Assembly (NCBI RefSeq): GCF_964204645.1 | Contig: NC_134027.1 | Location: 16,648,485-16,712,484 of the forward strand | Length of the DNA stretch: 64,000 nucleotides | Reading direction: 5' to 3' | From: Tubulanus polymorphus | Lineage: Eukaryota; Animalia; Nemertea | Shown: piece after piece, positions 1 through 13,329 of the stretch | Position numbering within the stretch: the stretch's first letter is position 1 | How the letters are laid out: each line of letters opens with the position of its first letter | The notes under the pieces: generated by a model | Databases searched by the model: none | The model's input: only the letters and a program-made list of their open reading frames with translations | Told to the model about the DNA's origin: nothing | Program-made: the position numbers and the translations under genes

Positions 1-1593
1 AAAATAGCAAAATAACAACTGAACAAGAGCCCCAAGAGGCACTATGGCCAGCCTGTCAGCTTTTCATACAAGATGACTTCAAAGTCCTGAGGTTCGAAGA
101 GCTAAAGTCAGATGTATAAATTATAGATAACATAAAAGAAAGGCAAATTATGGAAAACAAATTAATATTCCATTAGAGATGTTTGCTTACAAAAATTCAA
201 TTTGTTTTCCGTTTGCATTGCGCACATGGTAATGTTATTGTTTACATCTGATGTCACGGATAAATTGAGGCGATATCCGATGCTAAGTACCTTACTTAAA
301 ATGTTTATTTGGTGTAAACCGGATCACAAATATTTCTAATATTTTGTTCATAACTTTTGAAGTGGAGGCCGGTGTCAGCATCAACGCGTGTAAGGCTGTA
401 CGTGTGGGTAATATTGTCGCCTACAACAGGCGCAGCATTGATGGTGTATTTATGCGCAAGTAGATGCAATGATTTGTTTTTCCCGCTAAATCAGCTTTCA
501 TCACCCATGATTTTTAAAAACGATATTATTCTGAGTATTTAAATATTCATCATGATAATTCTAATATTCTTAAGACAAGCCAATTACGTCTGTGGACCTA
601 TTTCATTGAGGCGTATCACCCAATCTGAAAAAAAATCTTCCGATCCTGTCACGTGACTTCATGACTGCAACTTGACGATAGCTTAGGTTCTCTTTCTTCG
701 AAACAAAAATGGCAAATGATGCATTCTGTGGGTAATATTTGTCAAAATACGCTCCCAGCTCAGATTCAATAATAGATTACACAATACAATCGTGTTTTTA
801 TAGGTAGCACAGACAACACAGAGAGTAGTGGTAGACTGGAGCTGGCAGGAACAAATACGTCAGATAAATCTTTTCCCTTGGTCTCAGGCGCGTTGGAAGC
901 AATTTTTGAATGCCGCGGAAAATTTACTTCAATTTCGTCAAAAACACAGTAGAGAAAAAAACGCCACTGGGTCTTATTGATTTGAATGCAGAATAGAATT
1001 GAATTTTCGGAAATTTGATTGAATTTGTAGTTTGAGCACATGGTTAATTAGCATATCAAGGTCCATCATCCGATTTGAGCAAAAGCTATATTTCTCGGAC
1101 TTTAGATAATTGTCAATGATATTTTCTGTAGTGCAAATAAAAATATTCCTCCAAAAAACTAAATCAACTAATGATTTCACAGAAATCGAATAGAATTTTA
1201 GATCTTAAAATTAGATTTAGATCTTAAAATAAAACCCGGAAGTAAAAGGGTAGACGATACAACGGGCTCCTGTGAACACTTGCTGATCGCAGCTAAGCCA
1301 ATTATAGAGGAGTCTTTGCTTTCTGGTTCAAGTTTTTTACGCTGCGACTACCCTAGAAATTCAATTATTTTCGGCCATTGTTGCGCTTTTCGATAATTTG
1401 AAGCCATATAGTTCAAAAACTATCAGTCCTATGGCTTAGCAGCTAAATGAAAGTTCGTGGACAATATTATGAACTTTCATATCATACCAGGTTTGAGTAT
1501 TTTAGTTACATAGCATTGGTCAGTTTTTGTCAGATTCATCAGACGCGGACCAGGACTTGGCCTTGAGAAGGGTTTGATTTTCGTTGTCTATAT

Positions 1594-1816
1594 TGTAATG
1601 TACAAAAGGGTTAATCCCAGTACAAGGTGAAGGGTTCAGGATAGGTATAACGTGATCTGAAGTCACGTGATGCTTAGCCGCAACAGGATCTGTCTTCTGT
1701 TCCTGGACACCAAGACGATGAGACGTGTCGAATAAACTAGCATATAAAGTACAACCACTTAGTTTCGTGTTATGAGGATTCTGTTCCCCAGCATAAAGGA
1801 TGATCCCCACATTATA
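1594..1816 (+). repeat. 5' LTR (223 bp)
   Basis: Starts TGTAATG, ends ATTATA (CA mutated to TA); AATAAA at 1731; homologous to 12865-13090 and to 14055-14111 + 15703-15872. Confidence 0.92.
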
Positions 1817-1826
1817 TGGTGGAGAA
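1817..1826 (+). promoter_or_regulatory. Primer-binding site, probably tRNA-Ala
   Basis: TGGTGGAGAA directly after the LTR is the complement of a tRNA 3' end TTCTCCACCA, recalled as tRNA-Ala-like. Confidence 0.75.
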
Positions 1827-2992
1827 CCCGGACTTCTTAAGAGTGTTTCGAACACTTTTTATGTAATTATATAGATTCACTTTCGGAAAGTGGTTGACTC
1901 TTGGTGGAAATTGCACAATTGATGGCAAAAAGGAATTGGATTTATAACGTCAACAACCGTCTGACAACAACGTCGTAGTATGTCTATAACCTTTTCTGAC
2001 TTTTCGCGTACCGTACATTCTATGAAACCGCGCGTTAATCGTGACGATTATTAATCATTTCATCCGATTTGATTAATGGCGATATGATGAGATAGATGAA
2101 ACAGACCTAATTGCGGACATTGACTTAATTCTTTACATTTGGATTCCCGCGCAAGACCCAAAAGGCTTATTCGTGTAACATGCTGTTAGCTATTAACCCA
2201 GTGATTTTTTACGGGCCGGCATCGGATTGATTTTGCCGTTTGTCTGGATTTTGTGCGAACGATTAGACTGTTAATCGGCTTTTGCGCGCTAAGATTTCAC
2301 CCAGACATGAACTTTCAGCTATTAATAAACCAGCTTTTGTAGTTGAAATTGAGTTTAGGAGTCGTGTTTTTGCAGGCTTCGCTAAAGAACCAATCGCAGC
2401 CGCTGGCCAATCACCGTTTGGCAAGTACCCTAACGTCATCCTCAGGTCGGGGATACCGAATATTCCCAGAATGCACCGCTAATTGGAAAACCAGGAAAGA
2501 TAGACTTTCTTTCTTCGATCGGTTTACCTTTTGGGCCATAATCGGCTTATCTTTTGTCGGTATACATTATATATTAATGGATGGATGCAGTATCAGCAGA
2601 ACGGCGTTGTTGGTGATAATTGGGGACTATTCATGGAAGATCGACTACTTTGTTTATTAAGTAGTATTCTGCGTACTGAGTTTCGACCAACTCGAACCGT
2701 GAATGATCGTATTCGTATGGGATGGTGAACTAGGCTATATTTAGATGTTTTGGACTTGCGAACCTATTTTCTACTCGAAACCTTTTACTCGATCGAGTGA
2801 ACTGTTGCTGTGTGTTGTACGTATAGCATGAGTACATGGACTAGTTGCATGGAACACGTTTTGCAAGACTCTCACTTGGAAAATTTATTGCGGTAGTGTT
2901 TTTGTACTTTAGGCTAGTTCCTTTTGGTGGTAGGTATAAAAAGAAATAGTGACTGGAAGTAACATGAACATGTCTTCGCTTTCATTCTAGCT

Positions 2993-3985
2993 CAGACCTG
3001 CCAACATTGAATTTTTCAAGATAGTAACATTTTTCAAATTTGCCAGTTTTTTTTAGATTTTGCCAGTGACCCACTAGACTTGATGTGACCTTTGCCAGTA
3101 ACATTTTCAATATGGCCAGTAACGAATTTTCGGATTAAAATCAGAATATAGAATATTAAAACTACTAAAGAAATTAATTCTAAAAAATGCATTTATTATG
3201 AAATTAAACTTGAAACTGCAGTTTCCATAAAATATAAACAATTTTGTGACATCAGATCTTCAGATTTTATAACAGATAGGCCAGGGTTTGTTGTGTTATC
3301 AGTTCTAAAAAAATGTGAAATTTCAGAGAGTTTCGCTTTATCCTTATGTCCTTTTCTTTCACAATGACGTGAAATATCATTTAATCCGCCATGTGAGATC
3401 ACTATATCGACTTGACATATCGTACATCTTGCATGATATTTACTTAATTTCGATGCTATGAAACATGGATATTGTGCGCTGTACGATTTTTTATACTTCT
3501 GTTTCCGATATTTCTTAATCGTACGTTTTCTACTGCCTGTTACCGCAGTATCAGTTTCAGATTCCGACTCCGAAGAAGACGGAGAACCCTCCGAATTTTC
3601 CAGATTTGACAAAACGTCGTGAACTTCATCCGCCATTTGCAACATTCATGACAATTTGAGCGATGAAAATTACTCGTTGAAACCGAAAATTCGCTAGACT
3701 GGTTCCCGGCTGTAAGGAAACTTCGTGACAATTACTCAAATAAAAACCAAATTTCCCCGTAATAAATGTTAATAAACCATTAAAATACCGATTATGTACT
3801 GCAAAATTACCTTTATTGACATAATATAAGGAGATTTTTATTGAGGCCGTATTTATTTGCTCATTCGCGTAACATCGGAACGATATCGGAAAAAAGCGTA
3901 TTCCATTGCCTGTGCCAGTAACGCCGTATTACCGCGGGTAGCACCGGAACGGAATACGGCAAAAACGTAACGGTTGGCAGGTGTG
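2993..3985 (-). mobile_element. Internally deleted hAT-like DNA transposon with 6-bp TSD, inserted in the Gypsy 5' leader
   Basis: TIR CAGACCTGCCAAC / GTTGGCAGGTGTG (12/13 match), TSD CTAGCT on both sides, subterminal TGCCAGT repeats; ORF 3196-3645 has a BED-like finger CTIC..DIVISHGGLNDISRHCERKGH but no catalytic domain. Confidence 0.85.
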
Positions 3986-4148
3986 CTAGCTTCATATCAG
4001 CAACTGAACATTGGCATGCCCCACGAATCCATCAGTGGTTCTGGGTTTGTGAATTTTATTTTTACACCATTTTTTACGGTTTAGTTCCTTGCAGTGCAGA
4101 GCCTTCACTTTTTGTTTTCTATTTCAATTAGTAGTACTTTATTTCAGG

Positions 4149-5340
4149 ATGCCTCCCAAGGAAGCAAATAAAAAACTTCATCTTATGGATTTCTTGCCAA
4201 CCTCAAAATTTCATGGGCAAGCATCCACGTACGAAATTGAGTTAGCTCAATGGCTGAGTTTTTATGATTATTTAGAGGCTCACGAATTGATAAAAGCTGA
4301 TGTTCCAATATCTACTATATTACAGCGATTTAAGTTAACACTTTCAGGTGAAGCTAGACTGTGGATTGAGAGAAAAACCTTCACGGACACGGATAATCTA
4401 AAAAACAACGTTTATCAACAGGTTTTCCCCCAACCACTCTAATTTAGCGCTAGTAGGCCAATTTCAAGGAATCTCATATGATAAGGGAGATAACGTCATG
4501 CAACACCTAGAACGAATAACGCGAGCGGCAGAGAAGATAGAGTACTCAGAGACTCAAATTAAGCATAGATTTTTACAGTCCCTCTCGAACGATTGCCGGA
4601 CTGCTGTAGTCATGGCTACAGATGGAAACGCAAGTTCAAGGCAACTTGCAGAAGCAGCTCAAGGCTATCTAGACTGTCATACGGACAAGTCTGTTACTTT
4701 TGGTTATAGGATATCTCAGGCTAGTGCAACAGCAGGAACAATACAACACTCCTATGTTCCAACAAAGTTACTTCACACCACAACGATCAACAAGTCAAAG
4801 CTATAACACTAACAATCAGGATTTTTAGGTGAGGGTAGGTCAAGACCGGCAAATGATTTACCCCCATCTTCCCAATTTTTAGGTGAAGAGCCCGTTGACC
4901 TTCAATTATCATCGAAGAATTATGCTAAAGGATACCCGCCAGATCTTAAAAGTTTGTTATTATTATTTGATTCGGGTGCATCCCGTACTTTTATTTCATT
5001 GTCATGTATTAGAAATTCCAAATACCTTTCATCGCTTGAACAATTTGTGATTGAACCTTTACATTTCAGAATAGGAAATGGTCAATTTTTGTTTGCCAAC
5101 AAGGCTATCACACTTAGAATTACCATTCAGGGTCACAAAGTAGAACTTTATGCGGTCATTTGTGAAAATCTTACGGGACCAGATGTACTAATAGGTTCCT
5201 CTGCGATGAAGGAACTAGGTGGAACTCTAGATTTCTGGACAGACAAGTTTACCCTGACAACAAAGAAAACTGTGGTTCACCATACGTCAAGATGTTATTG
5301 TACAACCAGGCACTACAAGAACACTATCATTAAAATCTAA
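4149..5340 (+). pseudogene. Gypsy gag and aspartic protease (frameshifted)
   Basis: ATG at 4149; RFKLTLSGEARLWIE gag motif; protease active site LLFDSGASRTFIS. Confidence 0.85.
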
Positions 5341-5429
5341 GGTACCTAAGGTACCTATCTAAGGTAAAAAATCTAACGAAATTTTCCAACCAAATAAACA
5401 ACTGGGACAATCCCTATATGAAAAAAAAA

Positions 5430-7033
5430 CAAGAGGCCCATGGGCCTTGAAGCATTGGTAGATTATACTGTGGTATTAAGTGGTTATAATGTTTTACATC
5501 TGCTGGCAAATCTTCTATGACGATGTTGATTGGGAGGAGCACAGACTTAAAGGTCTATTCGTCTAGTACGATTTTATTCCTGAAAATGAATTTATTTTAT
5601 GCCGAACGATTTAGCCTAGGCTATTTGTACTGTTAAACCTCATAAATGCGATTCTGTTGAAAAGACGAAACTAGTTTATTCTGATGTTTTCCATCATGTC
5701 CCAGCTAAGATATTTATATTAATCAAGATTTGGATACAAAAACCCATTTTTACGCATGAACTGTTAGGCCCCACCGAATAATGAAAACAAAAACAGAACG
5801 ATTTTTTCTGAATGCAATTGCAAGACCCTCTGATCTTAGAGCCCCAAGCTCTGATGCATGTACGCATGCAAAACGTCGCAGAGCGATGCCGGCGTTGGTG
5901 TCACTGAGGCCAGCTGATGATCGTTTGTTTGTCTTTTTGTTTGTTTGGCTTTTCGTACATCGTTTGGATCTTGGTTTCCCAAGACCATTCCTATTGGATT
6001 GTTCATTTAACCTCACGACGGTACGGCCTTTGAAGTGTTGCCCGCACACTGTTTGCAGCCAGCAGGACTAAACCCACTTGTAACTCAGCATTGATAGTGG
6101 ATTCAACAGCATCACGCCTTATCTCACTGAGCTACCGAGGCCGCTCGATTCAATTAAAAAAAAATACAGCAGCAGCAAATAACCATCGCAATATTGCAAT
6201 TTACGACAAACAACGCGTAAATTCAATGACTGTTGTTTAACGCATGGAAAAGTGCGAGTGCGTAAGAGGGTGCTACCACCTTATGAGAGCCCAGCAGGCA
6301 GGTAGGGTGTCCTAAAAAGAAAACTTATATTAGAATATAGCCGAATCGAATTTTACAATGTCAGTCAACTGATTGATAATATAACATGGTTGTTCTCGGC
6401 GTACTTAACAATGATATTTTCCTCCGAAAAACAATGCTGGTAAAATTGATCATGATGGTAGCCTACCGATTACCGTTTGTGTCATCATGAAACGGTTTTA
6501 ACTTTAGTAAAGGCGTTCCCGCACGATCACATACGGGTTTCAGTCACGAGTAGGCTGCCGTTCCACTGCTCTAGAAATACGTATTCTGACGCTGAGAATT
6601 AATTCCAAATAATCCCATGGATACTGATAGTTGGAATAACAGTGATATCCAAACACTGTGATATTTATAAACCGAAGGTACATAATTTTATGTTTTTCTA
6701 TTCAGAAGAGGCTGTTCCCCATTCTTTACTGCCAATGTCAATGCGGACATATCGCTACGCGATTGTCTAACCCGCTCTCATCTACCAGATAATGAACGAG
6801 AAAAATGCGATCGAATAACTTTTTGGACCATTAAATCTGGCGACGCTATGTTGTGGGGAATAATTGTAACATTTTTTTTGGGTCATTTTTAGCTGTTTCT
6901 AATGTTTTACGTGAACGGAGTGACAATTTGAAGTTACTATGAAAATGAGAAGAGTCAGCGCTATTTTTTCGTACTACTATTTTCGATCCATTTTACTAGC
7001 ATTGGCATGATGTCATAGACGTCAACCAATGCT
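5430..7033 (-). mobile_element. Helentron-type non-autonomous element (HINE) interrupting Gypsy pol
   Basis: Terminal palindrome AAGAGGCCCATGGGCCTT, subterminal inverted motif AGCATTGGT (5451) / ACCAATGCT (7025-7033), hairpin AGCATTGG..CCAATGCT at the other end, A-run insertion site. Confidence 0.7.
5923..6145 (-). mobile_element. tRNA-derived SINE (copy 1)
   Basis: Minus strand: head GCGGCCTCGGTAGCTCAGTGAG (A box), GGGTTTAGTCC (B box; GGTTCGAGTC in the 49.9-kb copy), (CAAA)n tail. Confidence 0.75.
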
Positions 7034-7048
7034 AAAAATCTAAGGTAC

Positions 7049-10000
7049 TAAAACCACTAAAGAATTCTGTAGTTCTTTTACAGCCAATTTTGTATATGCA
7101 GAAGTACTTACCTTCATCGATATGTGTTCAATTGAGCAAAGGTTCATGTGATATCCAGATTACTAATGTGAATTCTACACCTCTACGCTTATCATGTAAT
7201 AAACCTCTTTTCTTTTCAGACCTAGGTGATTTCGTTCACACCATTGAACAGATTCCAGGATCACTCTTTCAGGCAGATACTACGTCTGAGACTGTAGGAG
7301 ATAACCTTAAGAAGTATCCTCACTTGGACCCATCGGACCCACTAGCTAGCAAAACACCAGAGCAGATTATTAGGGATTCAATTGATTTATCTTCTGTTTT
7401 ACAGCCAGAAGAAAAGAATGACATTTATGATTTACTCCTTAAAACGACGGGACGCTTTCAGTTTATACAGTGAAATAGGAGTGTCCAGATTTTGAGATTG
7501 ATATAAGGCTAAATAATACTATACCATTCTATATACGGCCCTACCCGGTATCGGAGGATGATAAGAAGTATATTGACAAGGAGTTCCAGAAGTTAGAGAA
7601 ACTAGGTGTCTTAAAGAAGGGATGCAGTCCATACTGTAGCCCCTGTTTCTTAATCAAAAAACCTAACACCAACGAATTACGATGTGTTACAGATTTCAGG
7701 CATCATAATTCACATATACTAACCTCACAACAAAACTACTTATCTTTACAGGATGTATTATCCAGACTAGGTTCATCAGAAACCAATGTGATTAGTGTCA
7801 TTGACATGAAAAGCGCTTTTCATACTTTATCTATTTCTCCAAGGTCACAGAGATATTGCGGAATATTACCATATAGTGGAGGTACCATGTATCGGTATAG
7901 GAGATTACCACAAGGTTTATCATGTTCTCCAGCTCAATGGCAACAGAAAATCAATGAGATTTTAGCTGATATTCTAAATAAGGATTCCTTTTGTATCGCA
8001 ATTCATGATCATATCATTATTTTCAGCAAAACAACTAAAGAATACAAGTAACATCTCAAAAAGGTTTTATCAGTATTAGAGAAGTACAAGTTGAAGGTGA
8101 CCCCTCGTAAATGCAAGTTATTGAGAAATTGTGTTACATTTTTAGGTCATATTATTAGAATTACAGCTGAGGGTATTGTACAAGTAGAAGCTATGGGAGA
8201 CAAACGACAAGCTATACGTAATATGAAAATACGCGATTCACCCAAGTTGTGCGCAGGTTCATAGGTGCAGTTAATTATTTATCATCTTATTTGCCACGTC
8301 TGCAACCTCTACTCAAACCTTTATATGCTCTCACCAAGAAAAACAAACCATTCGTATGGACTGATGAACATCTTCATAATTTTCAGGAAGTCAAGAAATT
8401 GTTGATAAACCCACCTGTGTTATGCGCGCCGCAAGGTAATGGCAAATTCTATTTGTATTCTGACACTTCTAGGCAGATGAGGGGTGCAGCACTTTACCAA
8501 GAAATCAAGGGAGAAGAACGACTCATAGCCTAGCATTCAAAGACCTTACCAGCTGCAGCTAAATCCTATTCTGTTAGTGAGTTAGAACTCTTTGGATTAT
8601 GGATTAACGTTACTGCTTTCAAACATGTATTACAGGATCGTAAATTTCATTGCTTTGTAGACCACTCGTCACTCGTTCAGATTTATGCCTCCAAGTCTCG
8701 ACCTCCGACACTGAGGATTCAGAAATAAGTTGAGAGATTGTCTTATTAGTCATTTGATATTTCATATTGCAAGGGTGCGGATTTAGTCATCGCTGATTTT
8801 CTTAGCAGATCACCAAGGAATGATGACAGAGAGTTTGATAAAATCAAACCAATAGCCTTCTTCGCACAAGGCACAGATAATGCATATCCTGTTGCTAGCT
8901 AAGTATAAAGGCCAATCACCAGACGCCATGCAAAACAGATGAGTATTAACATAAAGCCTTTGTTTCCAGACAAATCAGTCCCGAGTCAACAGCAAGAAGT
9001 CGACTGTACAACACCTTCCAACAGTGAACCGACTGATAACAAGGCAAATCGATACTACGTATCTATGTCCCCCGCGATAGCCAGTAGGGAATGAACGACC
9101 CCTGAAGACACTGATCTTTGGTATAGAAAAATTATGAGTGTATCCAGGGATAACCATACTATGAAATATCATTTTCCTGCTATGAATGGTTATTTAAGAA
9201 TTGAGTTTACAGGGTTTTAGGCAAAAGACGTCTACCAACCTTGAACTTTGACCCAAGAAATCCAAAATCACTAATGCACATCCTCTCCCCAGGGGTAATC
9301 ATACTATGAAATAGCATTGTTCTGTTATCAATGGTTCTTCTTGAATCGTATTTACAAGGTTTCATATAAATGTGACCTTGACCTTTTTCCCCAAAATCAA
9401 TAGGGCACATCCTCTCCCTAAGGGTAATCATGCGATGTAATATCATTGTATTGTATCAACAGTTCTTTCTGAATCACATTTATGACACAAGGTTTCACAT
9501 GAATGACCTGAAGTGACCTTGACCTTAGATCCTTGGAGCCCACAATCAATAGGGCACATCATCTCCCTAGGGGTAATCATACTGCGTAATATCATGGTCC
9601 TGCTATCAACGGTTCTTCTTGAATGACGTTCACAAGGTTTCACATGAATGACCTGTAGTGACCTTGACCTTTGGTCCTTGGACCCCAAAATCAATAGGCC
9701 ACATCCTCTCCCTAGGGGTAATCATACTACGTAATATCATGGTCCTGCTACCGACGGTTCTTCTTGAATCACGTTCACAAAGTTTACATAAATGACCTGT
9801 AGTGACCTTGACCTTTGATCCTTGGACCCCAGAATCAATAGGGCACATACCTAGAGGTAATCATACTACGTAATACCATGGTCCTGCTATCAACGGTTCG
9901 TCTTGAATGACGTTCACAAGCTTTCACATGAATGACCTGTAGTGACCTTGACCTTTGGTCCTTGGACCCCAAAATCAATAGGGCACATCCTCTCCCTAGG

Positions 10001-12290
10001 GGTTATCATACTGTGTAATATCATAGTCCTGTGACCAATGGTTCTTCTTGAATCACGTTCACAAGCTCATGCCGACGGACGGATGCGGATACGAAGTACC
10101 CCGCTCGCGGCCTACGCGGGGGACAACAATGATCGAACGACATTCACTCAAGAAAAAGGAGACAGTTTTAGTACGAAAGTATCAACATGCATCTCAGGTG
10201 TTAACAAATCCAAATTTACTTCAGGTGATATCAGCAATAACAAACCTCCTGTAATCCATCTAGCGAAACAATGGACTACATGTGAAGATCCTACATTGGT
10301 CGACAAAATACTCAGCAATCCAATGCAATGTGAAAAATCAATTCAAGAAGTCCCACAATACCTCAATAAACCAGTACCATTAATTTCTAAAATGTCAGAC
10401 TTGGAAACCAAACACATACCGAACCAGGCGGAAGTCAATTAAGTGCTGAGGATAATAGAACGCAAAGTGATTAGAGACTATAACTTACCTTACGATGCTC
10501 AACAATTTAAGTTAGCCCAACAAAGTGATCCTCAGATCAAATCCATTTATGATCCCTTAGCTCACAACATATCTCCATCTGACAGGAAAGCAGCTAGAAT
10601 CATGAAGCTGTAGGCTGAACAGTACATACTCTGTAACCATATTCTTTTCAGGTTGTTATTCCTTAAATCAGGTGATTTTTGTTTACAGCTTGTCATTCCA
10701 GAGAAGTTTATTGATTCACTAATTGGCAGAAACAATGATGCAGTAATTAGCAGTCACCAAGGCTGCATTAGAACATTCTTGACTATACGAAAATTATTCT
10801 ATTTCCCTAATATGTTCTAACGAATTGCATCTTACTTGCAGTCATGCAGGAAATGTCAAGAGCACAAGGATAAGACAGATAAACTTCGTGCTTACCACGA
10901 GAGGATACCTGATATGTATTTACCATTCCATGCTGTTTCTCTAGACTTCAAGCAGATGGTAAAATCCAAAGCGGGATACCAATGGCTTATGGTTACATCT
11001 TGCGCTATAACTAGGTACACTATTTGCGTCCCACTAAAGACTGTGGATGCACCTGTTGTTGCAGGAGCTTTGATTCAACGTATATTGTGTAATTATAGAA
11101 TTCCAGAGGTTATTGTGCATGATCAACAATCATCATTAGTAGGAAAATTAATGGAAATAGTATGTACAGCCTTAGGTATCAGTCAAAAGACAATTTCAGT
11201 TGAAAATAATGGCTTTTTACAGGTTGAACGACAGATTAAATCAATTGGTAACCTGATTAAAGTTGATTTGGATCAATAAGGTGATGATTGGGTGGGATAC
11301 AGTAGTACAGCCCAATACGCATACAACACGTTTAGTTCCAACCAACTTGGTGGATATTCATCGTATTTCCTATTATTTTACAGGGAACCAACTAATGTCA
11401 GTGGTCTGAAATTTGAACCCATATTAGGTCTGACTAGAAAGCAGAAAGAATATGTAGATCAGCTGAAGTCAAAATTTGCCAATGTATCAAAGTTTATGCT
11501 TGACTTACAGAGGGAGCAGCAAGTTACACAAAGTGAGAAGATTTAAGAGAAGTTAACCAAATTCCCTATCTTTGAAAAGGGACAACTCGTGTACCAAGTA
11601 AACCAAGTAGCTCTTCTGTTACAGCTAACTCTAAGAAATTCACGGCTAAATTTATAGGACCCTTCGTAATTCAAGATATATTAGATCCTACCCATGTGAT
11701 ATTATGTGATCTTAGGGGCAGGATACTCAGAGATGTGTTTAATGTCAACCGCATGAAACCAGCATTCATTCGCAGTAACAGTGGACAGAACCTAACCAAC
11801 TTGCAAAAGCTGAAACAGGCTCTCAACCAAAACAAATCTCAAGAAGAATGCAATTTAACTGCTGATTTTCAATTTGATTTCATGGATGAGAATGATGACG
11901 TAGTACCCACTGGAGATGATGAGTTCGTTTACAGGGCCATTTCAGTCCCCAGACATAGAGTCTTGTTACTCAAATATTACTAATAATAATGGCATAGCCT
12001 CTCCCAAAATCTTAGCTGATGTTCAACAGAGTCGACTACTACAGAAAATTCAAGAAGCTCTCAGACCAGATGCTGAGTATGTAATAGAGAGAGCCAAGCT
12101 TCGGGCAGGGCAATTGAAGATTTTACTGTCAGTTATGGTCAATCAAAAGAAATTTAGCTTCTGGTTTGACCCGACAACAGATGTGAATTGTGTGTACATC
12201 GTTCAGAAGGTACTGGACAATCCTAAGATTAGGAAAGTGGGTTCATTGAGTAAATGGCAGAAACAATTATATTTAATGATTCTTAATTGT
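7049..12290 (+). pseudogene. Gypsy pol remnants: RT, RNase H, integrase
   Basis: YIRPYPV, SVIDMKSAF, RLPQGL, IHDHII (decayed YxDD position); RNase H LYSDTS, SELEL, VDHSSL, IADFLSR; integrase SHQG..CRKCQ, SLDFK, HDQQS, VERQI, FIGPF. Confidence 0.9.
9040..10124. mobile_element. HINE-like element with about 6 internal tandem units of about 144 bp, between RNase H and integrase
   Basis: Subterminal inverted repeat TGTCCCCCGCG / CGCGGGGGACA, terminal hairpin GATACTACGTATC, GACGGACGGA microsatellite, repeated GTGACCTTGACCTT unit. Confidence 0.78.
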
Positions 12291-12864
12291 ATTATTATAT
12301 TCTTGTATGATAGTTTGATATGTGTATGATAAACATGGATAATGACCTTTTATTTTTTTAACTGAGGCCAGAATTTGACTGCTCAGTGTCAAACCATTTA
12401 AATAATGTACGTAGAATGTATGACAAAGTGAATATGCACCTCGTGTATAACGCTCAGAGGAGAGTATTATTTAGTTTCTAGTTTTAATAATCTTTTCAAG
12501 ATGACAGGTGACCACATGACTTGTTTTTCAGTGCTAGTGGTATAATCAAGCATGTACCGACAACCCAGTATCTAGTGGAAGCTGCACTACAAGCAAACGT
12601 TTTAGCTTTTTCAACAAATGGTGTGATGGTGACAGTTCCAGTATCTGTTGTATCTTACGTAAGTAGATGTTGTTTTTTTAAACACTTCATATCACTGATG
12701 TTTTCCTATTTCTAACTATTGGTATAAATCAGAGGTCAAAAATGGATCTCACAAGTTTTATAACTATGTTTCGAAGTGGTCTAATGTAAATAACCACAAG
12801 TTTAATCATGTGTTGATAAATTTCAATTGTTGATTAGAAATTTTTCTAAAATAGAAAAAAGGGA

Positions 12865-13090
12865 TTTAATGTAAAAAAAAGGTTAACCCCAGTACAAAGG
12901 TGAAGGGGTCAGGATAAGTGTCACGTGATCTGAAGTCACGTGATGCTTAGCCGCAACACGATCTGTCTTCTGTTCGTGGACCCCAATACGATAAGCCCTG
13001 TCGAATTAACTAGCATATAAAGTACAACCACTAGTAGTTTCGCGTTATGAGGATTTTGATACCCGGCATAAAGGACGATCCCAACTTACA
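12865..13090 (+). repeat. Internal (third) LTR copy preceded by a PPT and duplicated 3' UTR
   Basis: Homologous to the 5' LTR, ends CTTACA, preceded by AGAAAAAAGGGA; about 12655-12864 is duplicated at about 13845-14054. Confidence 0.88.
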
Positions 13091-13291
13091 GTATGGTTCA
13101 GATGATAAATTCTATCATATAAAGTTCGAATAGTGGGATTTCTTCAATCATATTTCTCCATGCTTACCGCTGCTATTATTATCTACTCAATTAACATTCT
13201 CCGGTTTCCGGTGGCATTTATTCACACCTTGATGGTCTAATATAGAGAGTTCTTGTATAAATATCCTGGTATTATATTTTGTTCTCAATAC

Positions 13292-13329
13292 GCCTGATGA
13301 TGGCTAACAGTTGTTTGCCGAAACGTCGC
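13292..13329 (+). ncRNA. Minimal hammerhead ribozyme motif (Penelope type), short stem I
   Basis: gc-CTGATGA-t-GGCtAACAgtTGTTtGCC-GAAA-CGTC-gc; lies after a probable Penelope 3' remnant (about 13100-13250). Confidence 0.6.

Noticed and set aside
6050-6145. Possible tRNA gene
   Set aside because: A and B boxes are present, but the spacing is long, there is no convincing acceptor stem, and it runs into a body and (CAAA)n tail, so it is a SINE head
9207-9848. Short minus-strand ORFs with repeated peptides
   Set aside because: Translation of the HINE internal satellite; no evidence of coding function
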